Positions 12,768 to 23,954 of a stretch of DNA of 64,000 nt are shown here, piece by piece. Made by a program: the position numbers and the translations under genes. The notes under the pieces were generated by a model. That model was not told the origin of the DNA. It searched no databases and saw nothing but the letters and a program-made list of their open reading frames with translations. Source of the stretch: Laetmonice hystrix. Taxonomy: Eukaryota. Location of the stretch: the NCBI GenBank assembly GCA_965235115.1, contig OZ249440.1:34660001-34724000 (forward strand). The letters are read 5' to 3'. Position 1 is the stretch's first letter. Each line of letters begins with the position of its first letter.

Positions 12768-13102
12768 CAGGGTGTATCCACTAGGTTTCAATATTTTTTC
12801 CATGACTTTTCCATGACTTTTCCATGCCCAAAGCTATAAAATTAAGGACCTTTTTACATGCTTCGTGGTATGAAGGAGACATGACTTGTGCTGAGGCAAG
12901 GAGGAAGGGTCAGACAGGCCATGATTGAAGTGCTGGATGAAAGAAAGTAACAACGCCGTTTTGCGAAAGCATGCCTTTTAATTTCCTTGACTTTTCAATG
13001 ACCTTGGCCCAAAATAAGTCAATTTCCATGACTTTTCCAGGCCTGGAGAAAAAAAAGGAATTCCATGACTTTTCCAGGTTTTCCATGACTGGATACACGC
13101 TG
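12768..13102. mobile_element. hAT-like MITE with 6-bp flanking duplication
   Basis: CAGGGTGTATCCA...TGGATACACGCTG termini, TTCCATGACTTT repeats, TCCCGA on both flanks. Confidence 0.65.
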
Positions 13103-15311
13103 TCCCGACGGGTCCCCCATCCCCTGATCTCGGTTTGCCCCTCAAATAAAGGCCACTAGCCTAATCCAGGGTTCTCCCATAGGAGAAGGCAAGGGTTTCT
13201 AAGTGGCAACTTTTCAAAACTTTCTGGGGTAGGACGCCAGACCCCACCTTCGGCGCTCGTAAGTTGTGCTTCGCCTGATGCCCCCCCCCCCCCCCCCCGA
13301 ATTTCTGGGTGCATAAAGCAATGGGGCATACCACCGTCATTAGTACGTTTTGCGCTCACCAGGCTACGCCACTGGCGTAGCAGTCCTCACGTGACGTGAC
13401 GACGGTTACCTTCACCTTCGGCTTGGCTTGTGTTTATAAACAACTGACACACGTTGTCTGTAATTGTCGGCAATTACTGAGTCAATTCTTCCAGTCTTAC
13501 CTCTATGGAGGTTGTCACAGTAAGCTTATGAGTTTGAAGATTGCACACGCTTAGAGGGGGAATAAATGTAGAACTGACTGAATGTAAGGCGACTGATGGG
13601 ACTAGTCGGTGACCGGGGCGGTCGGCAGTGGCACTGGCAGTGGCCGAGTCGGCGAGTGGGTGTGGCCGTGGTCTTGCTGGCCTAGTGTAAAATACCGACA
13701 GTATTTTGTGTATATTCCATCGCCTCCCCCCTATGAATATTATAAGTTAGTCTACGAACAGTCGAGGCAGGCGGACATTGTCGTTATATCCTCGCACATA
13801 TTTTAAACTGATCATGGCTAACAAGGCGGACATTGCCGAATTTCCTTGCATATACTTTAAATCGATCTTTGCCAACAATGCGGACAATATAGACATTTCT
13901 CAACGTTATTTCATGTGTAGAAGTAGAATCCCCTACCTGTAGATCCTCCCACAGCTGGCGTCCCGCCGTGAACAATATGCCACTCTCCGGCAGACGGGCC
14001 GAGTCACAACCCAGACAATAGGTCCACCCTGGATTTGGACTTGATAGCGCCGGAGGAGGGCAATTACCCCGCCAACCAGACAGAGGAACAAAAGCGCCCT
14101 CTGGCCAAGACAATATAGGAATAGACGGACGCCACTGTGGGAGCCAAAAATACTAACTGTCCCTCGGTTTTACTAAAACTTTCACATACACTCAAAGGCC
14201 AAGTTGATGGCCGGCCGTCCTGGGGAGACGAGGGGCCCTTTCACCACTTAGGTGCGAAATGCCGGCTTCCAAGACGGTGGTGTCCATCCTCTTTGCTGAG
14301 CCCGACCTGGCTCACAGCGATATGGCTCGCCGCCTCTCCCCCCTTACCCCCCAGTCAGGCGGGGGACGACCACCTGGGCCCGGGAGCTGGGGGTGTGAAA
14401 GCCGGTGAATCTAAACAGGGAGTTTTCTCTCCCTTTGATCCCGGACTACGGTTCGGCGGGTTTTCACACTACCCCTACCTTCCGGGCCAATCACAGTACT
14501 GGCGTCCCCACGTGACCAACCCCCAGACCCTGCTATTGGAAGCCCGGCTGACCAATCCGGTGAGGGCCCCGTCGTCCCCCTATGTATATATACCCCAAAT
14601 TCACGGCAATAAAGCAGAGTTTTACTCAGTGTTCAGTCACAGTAAAAGCTGTTCACAGTCATCTGTTCACCACACCTTCGGGTAGCCTAGCCCCCTGGTA
14701 GGCCCACCCACCCCGCATCTCTGCAAGCCACCGGGCATGCGCGGAACTTAGGGAGCCGACCACCAGTCAACCTCCCTACCTATGTGTTAGGCGACGGAAC
14801 CCCCGCCCCTAACACTGGCGACCACACCACGACCACGCCCCTTGTAAAGCGCGCGCCCTCTGGCGGGAACTCGCCCATGTCGACCCCAGTCAGCAGAGCC
14901 GGGGGCGTGCCAAACTTTACACTAGTATAGTTAACAGTGTCAAAATGCCAACGTTTTGCTGTGTGCCTGGCTGTACAAACCGGGTGGGTGGCCACAAGTT
15001 CCCGAACCCAGAAACAAAACCTGCCCTGAGGAAGAAATGGGTTCTCTCTCTCCACCGACTGGGGGCCGATGGCGAACTGTGGCAACCGGGGGAGTGTGAT
15101 GTGTTCTATTATATTCGGTTCTGAAAGATTAGAATATAATATTCTTATTACTGGTAAATTACGAGAGTACACAGAAGGGCTGTTGTGTCGAGTGCGTCTC
15201 GTCACGGACGAGTGGTTACATGAGTTGTATTGGTCAGGGTCCGAGTAGTGACTGGTCATTCTGGCCTTGTTCTCCGCTGAGCAAACACCTTGGTTTCTGC
15301 TCCCTCGCAGA

Positions 15312-16804
15312 CATGGACGAAGAAAGATTTCGCAGTTGTTGGACGCCAAGTTAGACAGCAAAATTGACGGTTTGAAAAGAGAGTTGGCTGAAGAGAATAA
15401 GTCTGAAAACGCGAGACTTCTGAAGAAATTTAAGCCAGCACACCAGTTTCGGAAGAAAGGGCACAAAGTGCAATGGGAGTTCCACACGTCCGTCAAAGAC
15501 ACCATAAGCGAGGCGTGTAGAGCAATAGAGGCAGGCAAGACGGAGAAGGCAGTCGAAGAGCGAGAGGCGGTAGAAGAGGGTTTTCGGCGGGGCGAGGTTT
15601 CGCTAAGGGAGGCACTGAATTTCCTTCTGCCGGAGGTCCATTTCAAGGCGGACACGGTTTCTTCCGAGGTCAACGAGGAGCACTCGGGCATGGCATGCAG
15701 CAGTCAGGCCAAGAGTGGCCCGGCAATTGTTTCTTGTAGGCGGACGGCGCAGTGTGAGCGGCACAACACGAAATATCAGGTGACGGAATGCTTTTGCACT
15801 AACTCATTGGGTTCTGGTAGCGAAGATTTGTTTAAGATAGAACTAAATCAACAAGCAGAAAAAGTAAAAGGCTCTCTCAAGAGCAAATTATACTGGTGGA
15901 GCGCAAATATTGCGGGCAGTAACGTAATTAAAATAATCAAGGAGGGATATAAGATCCCTTTCATAGATTTGCCATGTTCGGTTGAACTTAAAAATAACAA
16001 ATCTGCTCGTGATAATATTGAATTTGTTCGAGAAACGCAGCGATAATCAAAAGGCAGACTCTATCAGCAGATATTTCGACCACGATGATTGGTCACTTGG
16101 TGATCACATGTTCAAGCTTGCTCAGGCCAAGTGGGGCATAATATGCTCTGTGGATGCATTTGCAGATCATTTGAATACAAAGTTATCAAGGTTCTATTCC
16201 AAGTATTGGTGTCCAGGCACAAGTGGGGTGGACGCACTTGCATTTTCATGGGCGGGTGAGCACATGTGGTTGGTGCCATCCGTGCATTTAATTCATAAGG
16301 TGATACTGAAGATAAAAAAGGACAAGTTCTCTGACTCTATCAGCAGATATTTCGACCACGATGATTGGTCACTTGGTGATCACATTTTCAAGCTTGCTCA
16401 GGCCAAGTGGGGCATAATATGCTCTGTGGATGCATTTGCATACAAAGTTATCAAGGTTCTATTCCAAGTATTGGTGTCCAGGCACAAGTGGGGTGGACGC
16501 ATTTGCATTTTCATGGGCGGGTGAGCACATGTGGTTGGTGCCATCCGTGTATTTAATTCATAAGGTGATACTGAAGATAAAAAAGGACAAGTTCTCTGGA
16601 ATTTTGGTTGTTCCTAAGTGGTGTAGTGCTTCCTTTTGGCCTTTCTTATGTAGAAATGGCATTTATATTAGGGAGGTTGTTGACTTGATTGAGTTCAGTT
16701 ATCCAACGGGGTTTTTTAACCCAGGTTCTTGTATAAAATTTGTATTTGCTAAATGTAAATTTAATAGTTCCGTCCTCGTAGCCTTACTTAAGGGTCGGGA
16801 GTAA
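15312..16804 (+). pseudogene. DIRS gag remnant, pol start, and DNA adenine-methyltransferase-like domain (partly tandem-duplicated); RT/RNaseH deleted
   Basis: HQFRKKGHKVQWEF (gag-like); IIKEGYKIPF..KNNKSA (pol start) jumps directly to NQKADSISR..DDW..VDAFA..TKLSRFYS..GVDAFAFSW..LVVPKWCSASFWP; ~275-bp duplication ~16057-16332 / ~16333-16597. Confidence 0.8.
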
Positions 16805-17039
16805 AGAGGTGGGACAGGGTAGACCGTTTCAGGTCTTATTGGCGTTTCCAGAGGACGCAGTGTCTACAGATGACATAGGGTGTTTACAGAAAACAATGTT
16901 TACAGATAACAACCAGTCCGTGACAGAATTGGAGATGACGTTTATATATCACCGTTAGGATAAGGACAGGTGTTGGTTAAGGTGCTATAGGAGCAAATTC
17001 CGCATTAATCTAGGTGTCTGGAGTGTCGATTTTGCAGAG

Positions 17040-17272
17040 GCTGCGTGCTCAGGTGTAGGAGTGTGGGCCCAGGTCAAGGAAGTGAAGGATGACAGTCTGA
17101 AGAAGCTGTCCGGAGCGCTTCCTAACGTGTTGGTGAAAAGCAAGGTGGATTCTACTGCTAAGAATTACTCGTACGCTTTCTCGAGGTGGAAAAGATGGGC
17201 GGAACGTTTTACGGAAGTGGACGTGTTACCTGCTAAGCCACTGTATGTGGGGATACATCTAATCTCTGTAGC
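17040..17272 (+). pseudogene. Tyrosine recombinase N-terminal fragment of the DIRS element
   Basis: SKVDSTAKNYSYAFSRWKRWA..LPAKPLYVGIHL resembles the core-binding domain of DIRS recombinases; catalytic part absent. Confidence 0.65.
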
Positions 17273-20200
17273 GACAGAATTTGAGTTTATAAGAAGGCAA
17301 TGTGATGAAGGTTATTCTGCCAAAAAACTGTATGGTGTTTTTTCTCTGTGTTTCTCGTTTTTTGTACTTCTGCAGCGGAAGAGGCTCACCTAAGATGAAA
17401 CTTAATATGGGTTTTGTTGTTCTTGAGGGTATTGATGGCGAACTGTGGCAACCGGGGGAGTGTGATGTGTTCTATTATATTCGTTTCTGAAAGATTAGAA
17501 TATAATATTCTTATTACTGGTAAATTACGAGAGTACACAGAAGGGCTGTTGTGTCGAGTGCGTCTTGTCACGGACGAGTGGTTACATGAGTTGTATTGGT
17601 CAGGGTCCGAGTAGTGACTGGTCATTCTGGCCTTGTTCTCCGCTGAGCAAACACTTTGGTTTCTTTTTTAATCAATTGATTAGTGAGAGGGCATCGGCAG
17701 AAGTTTCCTCTCCTTTCATTAAGGGAGTTCCGGATTAGAGCTCCGGCCCGCTTGACGGCGCAAGGGGTCCCTTGGGGTCTTTTTCCTACTTTTGTTACAA
17801 TTTATCAATTTTTTCGCCGGTAGGTTTTTTCACCCAAAGGCTTAATGCTGATGTTGTTTGGAATCGTGATGGTTGGTCTAGCGACATTAATATACCGGTT
17901 TCAAGGAATTATGAAATGTATCATGAAAGCATGTTTGCTTGTATCATTTGCCCATAATGACATAATGACATACAGCAATAAACAGAGGGAGCACACTGCA
18001 GCGGAGGAGGCTCACATTCTGCAGCGGAAGAGGCTCACCTAAGATGAAACTTAATATGGGTTTTGTTGTTCTTGAGGGTATTGATGTTATAAGGTGTGTC
18101 ATGCACACTTCAAGACAGATCAGTAAAGCAGGACCCCAGTAATCAGTACAGATCAGGAAAAAAATATTGGGGGGGGGGGCAGAAGTGACGTCACACTGAC
18201 TTATTCCTATGCTTTTGCATTGAGCCATGCGGTCATTGTATAAATACTGGGGGGGGGGGGGGGGCAGCAGCCCCCTCTGCCCCCAGCTTCCTACGCCCCT
18301 GCAGATGACTATGTTGTCACTGATATGGGTAGGCCTATGTAATTTTTGACACAAGTATTAGCTATTTCGACATATTAGTAATATTAATAGTACCGTAGTT
18401 AATAAAGTACTATTTTAGTTGGCCTTGTAAATTCATATTCGTAGTGTCTAGGACTAGGGCTAGGCCTAGTTGGCCTAGGCTCTAGTCCCCATTTAATGGA
18501 CTACCGTCGTCAGCCACGGTCAGGCGCAGCACTTTGGGGGGGGTCTTATTTCGGAAAATGCGAACATTGTCCGCCGCTGACAGAAATGGCCAAACAGAAA
18601 AGGGGAAAAGGCAGGGGTTCTTGAGGTTTTTACTATAAAGCTTCCTTTAAAAATAAAGGCCTGATTATACAAGTTCAGCCCCAAAAAGTCCCGATTTTAT
18701 TTTTATTTTCTCTAACAAATAGGGAACTTAATCCGGAAATCGGGACCCTTCGGCTTTGGACCCAATGCCCAAGGGATGGGGGTGTGGGGGGGGGGCTTAG
18801 CCCCCCCCCCCACCCCAACCCCCCTCTGGTTACGAGTCTGAACGTTTATCATGAATTCCAGCGTGACGGAATTACAAAGCACACCAAGTTACCTAAGTTA
18901 CCATATTGAAGAATTCTTTGGCAAATAATAAAAATTTTATGATATAAAAACAACGTACCTCATATCCCGTCACAGCGTGAACTTTACTCAAATTGATATT
19001 ATTTGAAAAATTAGTTGACAGGGAAGGAAGTATGGAAGGGATTAGGGACTTAGTTTCTGTTAATGGCAAAAATGTGCACTATCAAGGAAAAAATATCCCA
19101 ACGCTCTTCCACCTTGGCCACATAGGTAAAATGGCCTCTCAAAATGGGTCATATTTAGCGATCGGCCAACTTTGGCCACTAGTGGCGCCACCTGTGTCTA
19201 TTTTTGGAAGATTATTTTGGTGTCTACATGCACCTCATATAGCCATAAATCAAATCCCCCAAAATCAAGAAGTTACAAGAAATAACCTTCGCATGAAAAA
19301 TGTTTGAATATTGAACTTTTTTTTCTCCGATCTGTTTTTTTCTATTTTGGGGGGCATGGTGTTCCAAGGAATAAGCAAAGAAATAAAATGTTATTGCTTT
19401 TTCCTGGTCTCTACATATTGAAGTTTCAGTGGGGAAAAATACAAGTTGCCAGCTCTTACAGTTTCTGAATGATAGCCCTCTAAAAATGGCTCAGAATTAA
19501 ACGTGCTTTGTTCAGGGGTACCCCCACCCTCGCTTATCGGGGTGTAACTCGGAGACCGTTGGGTATTTTGGAGCAAAATTTTAGGATTGTACTGCAAATA
19601 CACAGGTCTAACTGCATGCCAAATTTGAAAGAAATCGAAGATGGTCACCCGGGAAGATTTTCCAAAATTGGTCGATTTGACATGGAATGACCCTATAGTA
19701 GTCCGGCAGAATTTTCGAAAACCCCTTGATGTTTGTTAAAGTTTTTTTCTCACTTGATTCTGGTCCCTTGGGGCACCAAAAATAATTTTTTGCCGGATGT
19801 GTTGTTCCCATCCTTGAGCGTTCCGAGAAATCCAAGATGGCCGCCACAGTGGGGCCCGAGCGAGAAAAAGTCCTAAAACTTCTCAACCAAATCACTTAGG
19901 AAGCTGATTTTGGTGTCTAAGTATAGGTTTTTGGGGACAGAGAATCCAATGGAAAAAGAAAATTTCACATCGGAGCACTCCTTTAACACATAAATCCAAG
20001 ATGGCTGCACAATGGGTGCCGAAAGTGAAAAAGTCCTAGAACTTTTCAACCAAATCACTTAGGAAGCTGATTCTGGTGTCTAAGTATAGGTTTTTGGGGG
20101 CAGGGAATCCAATGGAAAAAGAAAAACTCACATGGGAGCACTCCTTTAACACATAAATCCAAGATGGCCGCCACAATGGGAGCCGAAAGTGAAAATGTCC

Positions 20201-20851
20201 TATAACTTCTCAACCAAATCACTTTGGAAGCTCATTTTGGTATCTAAGTATACGTTTTGGGGGAATCCAATAGAAAAAGAAAATTTCACATTGGAGCACT
20301 CCTTTAACACATAAATCCAAGATGGCCGCACAATGGGTGCCAAAAGTGAAAAAGTCCTATAACTTTTTTAACCAAATCACTTAGGAAGCTGATTCTGGTG
20401 TCTAAGTATAGGTTTTTGGGGGTAGGGAATCCAATGCAAAAAGAAAAACTCACATGGGAGCATTCCTTTAAGACATAAATCCAAGATGGCCGCCACAATG
20501 GGAGCCGAAAGTGAAAATGTCCTATACCTTCTCAACCAAATCACTTGAGAACCTGATTTTGGTGTCTAAGTATAGGATTTTGGTGGCAGGGAATCCAATG
20601 GAAAAAGAAAATTTCAGGAGTATTCCTTTAACACATCCAAGATGGCCACCAGAATGGCTGCCAAAAGAGAAAAGGTGCTATAACTTCTCAACCAAATCAC
20701 TGAGGAAAATGATTTTGGCGTCTGAATAGGTTTTTGGGTATGAGAAATCCAATGGAGTCAGAAAATTCAGGAATAGACCACTCCTTGTAATTCCAATATG
20801 GCCGCCAACAGCACTGTCGTAACCTAAAAAACGTGAAAGCTGCAGAACCAA

Positions 20852-21444
20852 CATTCGGGAATCCTCGGCCATATCTTCGAAAGTAGCCTCGGGTGAAATA
20901 GGTGCCATTTTGAGCATTGCATCGCGGGTACATTTGGCCGGGACTCTCGACAGCATGGCAGTGCTTGCAGTATTTTGTCTGCATCAGGCATGGAAGCAAC
21001 TAAAATAGGCCTACAATGCTTTCCCCGAAGTCAGTGGGCAATATTACAATAGTATCATGTCATGATACAACTTAAATTACAACATGATTACAAATAGTCC
21101 TACCATGTGTCGGGCCAGTGTCGTACATGGGCGCGGCCATATTGCTTCCCAGAATTTGATAAATTACCGTATTGACTCCCATTTAGGTAAATTGGGTGAT
21201 TCATTTTTCTTCTTCAAACGTTCCCCTTCATACCAGAAATTTATATTTGCACATACAACGCCGAAGGAGCAGGTGTCAATAATGCACTACTTCCTGGCTC
21301 GATGGGATATGACGGTTCACTCAGTGCCTCGCTACACACCTCCATTTGGCCGTGTATCTGGTTTCCAAACATGGCCCCTATTCCACCCGAGGGTATATTC
21401 GAATAGCAGGAAGTGACGTCATATGCCCGAGGGAGTCCCGAATG
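20852..21444. mobile_element. ~600-bp MITE with 9-bp TSD (copy 1)
   Basis: CATTCGGGA...TCCCGAATG termini; TSD CAGAACCAA (20843-20851, 21445-21453). Confidence 0.9.
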
Positions 21445-21559
21445 CAGAACCAACTGTTAAAAGATGACTCTAGATTGTTAATTCCACATTTTACGTGTGC
21501 ACAGTTTTTTTCAGGACAGAATATTAATAATACGCAATCAGTAACATCTATCTCCAAAT

Positions 21560-21870
21560 TTGCCAAATTATTGTGGCAACCTGCAACACCTTTACAGGCG
21601 CACACCAGTGTGCAAGCCAAGCCACTCAACACACAAGTGCATTTTCTTGATTTACATGATCTGGTTGCACTAGTGCAGCCGTACTTAATCAGATGAAGCA
21701 GCTCATTGGGTGCAAGGAGGGTGCCCTGTGGTATGACAGTGGCGGTGAGGGAAGATGAGCCTGTCACACGAGTCCGGCCATGGTTGGTGGGGTCAAGGTT
21801 TGGTGGTTCTGGGGCAAGAGCGTGGCGCCATATGGCCAACTGCACATGAGCTCGCTTGCCGTTCGGCAAA
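21560..21870 (-). pseudogene. Academ-type transposase C-terminal Cys-rich (CXC) fragment
   Basis: KRAHVQLAIW..PPNLDP..APNELLHLIKYGC..CKSRKCTC..LACTLVCAC..CHN. Confidence 0.7.
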
Positions 21871-23954
21871 AGACAGTTGCAATGTTCTTCCTGCTAATGA
21901 TTTCATTAGCCACCAGGTGTCGCTGCATTTTTAAAAATGAGCCAGGTGTGGTCGTGTTCCGGTCTCTTGTACGTCATAAAGGAGTGGTCCAATGCTTTAT
22001 TTCAAAGGAGTTTTCAATGCTTTATTTCACAGGAGTTTTCAATGCTATATTTCAAAGGATCTTTCAATGCTTTATTTCAAAGGAGTTTTCATACCTCAAA
22101 AAGCTACCACTTTTTTGAGGTAACGATGTCCAGTGGTGTTGGCGGCCATATTGGAATTAATAAAGGAGTGATCCAATCCTGAATTTTCTTACTGCATTGG
22201 ATTTCCCATACCACAAACCTATACTTAGACGCTAAAATCATCTTCCCAAGTGATTCGGTTGAGAAGTTATAGGACCTTTTCTCCTTTGGCAGCCATTCTA
22301 GATCTGGTGTCTGGTGGCCATCTTGGATATATGTGTTAAAGGAACACTCCTGAAATTTCCTTTCTCCATTAGATTTGTTGCCCCTCTCCCAACCTACACT
22401 TCGACACCAAAATCATCCTCCAAAGTGATTTGGTTGAGAAGTTATAGGACATTTTCACTTTCGACTCCCATTGTGGTGGCCATCTTGGATTTATGTGTTA
22501 AAGGAGTGCTCCGATGTGAAATGTTCTTTTTCCATTGGATTCCCTGCCCCCCAAAACCTATACTTAGACACCAAAATCAACTTCCTAAGTGATTTGGTTG
22601 AGACGTTATAGGACTTTTTCACTTCCGGCACTCATTGTGGTGGCCATCTTGGATTTATGTGTTAAAGGAGTGCTCCGATGTGAAATTTTCTTTTTCCATT
22701 GGATTCCCTGCCCCCAAAAACGTATACTTAGACACCAAAATCAACTTCCTAAGTGATTTGGTTGAGAAGTTATAGGACTTTTTCACTTCCGGCACCCATT
22801 GTGGCGGCCATCTTGGATTTATGTGTTAAAGGAGTGCTCCGATGTGACATTTTCTTTTTCCATCGGATTCCCTGCCCCAAAAAACCTATAATTAGACACC
22901 AAATCAGCTTCCTACGTGATTTGGTTCAGAAGTTATAAGACTTTTTCTCTCTCGGCCCCCAATGTGGCGGCCATCTTGGATTTCTCGGAACGCTCAAGGT
23001 CGGGAACAACACATCCGCCAAAAATTGATGTTTTGGGACCCAAGGTACCAGAATCAAGTGAGAAAAAAACTTTAACAAACATTAAGGGGTTATGTGAAAA
23101 AAAACCATTTTACTGCCGGACTATAGGCGTGTATAGGTGTATATTAGTCTCTTGACGCTCTTGAACAAAGTTCAAGGTCGTAGATCTCACTTCTGATTGG
23201 TCAAGATGTCTTTTGTCGCGCGCGTAGTGCGACAAAAATAGAACCAGTCCTATCTGTCACAAAAAATGACGCGCGCGCGGCCAGTGCAGATAGCTCAATT
23301 CATTTCCATTACTTCTAAAAAAAACGCTCGCGTCGCACGCGTCCAGTGAGCATACAGCTTTACTTTTGATGGGGGAAAGGGAGATCCAGTGGTTCAATAT
23401 ATTTGTCTCTGCCACCAGCAGACTTGCGTGACGGAATTACATTTCCCTGGCATAGGGTTTCATAAAAACGTACGTTCTCCTCGATATCTGCAAACTGGTT
23501 TATTCCTATGTAATTTCACGTGATAAGATGCAACACATTGTCTACAAGGGTCAAAGCAAAGTAGAGCTGAACGTTTCTGCTGAACAATAATTGTGTGACA
23601 TGTCAGCAAACAGTGTGGCAGAATTATATTTTGTGAGTGTGACAGAATTACCAGTGCAGTAATTCCGTCACACTATAGAAATATTATGTAAACTTACTAA
23701 TTTGGCATTCTTACCATGCGCTAACAATAGGCACAAGGGGCTTACACAGGTTAGGCCTAGGCCTACTGGTATTATAATGCCGTTTTGCTGAAATGTGGGG
23801 CATAAAACAGTTCCTATGAGTTACAACTGCTTTATTGGCATCTGGAGATTAAACAGTAAATAACGCTCCAAGTCTCTGCAGATGCCATCATGGCTCGATA
23901 TGTCCACTTATTTTCAGCTGAATCACTACCACTATAGAAATATGTCTTGTACCT

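Larger units (their letters stand above)
15068..18086 (+). mobile_element. PAT-like (DIRS group) tyrosine-recombinase retrotransposon, internally deleted, with split direct repeats
   Basis: A1 15068-15298 matches A2 17434-17664; B1 17368-17437 matches B2 18017-18086 (order A1-ORFs-B1-A2-B2); GATG at both ends and at the B1/A2 junction; gag-like, methyltransferase-like and recombinase N-terminal remnants. Confidence 0.85.
14945..18126 (+). pseudogene. THAP zinc-finger coding remnant split by a retroelement (14945-15071 and 18087-18126)
   Basis: MPTFCCVPGCTN..HKFP..RKKWVLSLHR before the insertion and YKVCHAHF after it: the C2CH THAP signature. Confidence 0.7.
19699..23123 (-). mobile_element. 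Academ-like foldback element, internally deleted
   Basis: TAGTCCGGCAG...CTGCCGGACTA termini, 3-bp TSD TAG (19696-19698, 23124-23126), long imperfect TIRs built from ~160-bp tandem units, transposase C-terminal remnant. Confidence 0.85.

Noticed and set aside
13700..14860. GC-rich segment with TATA- and AATAAA-like signals, possible LTR or DIRS end; ORF 14137-14685
   Set aside because: No partner repeat, TSD or protein motif found, so it is left unannotated.
14780..15691. 303-aa minus-strand ORF
   Set aside because: Antisense read across the THAP remnant, repeat A and gag; spans an insertion junction.
16057..16804. Bacterial/phage methyltransferase by horizontal transfer or contamination
   Set aside because: This domain is a normal part of DIRS/PAT pol, and the flanking split repeats confirm that context.
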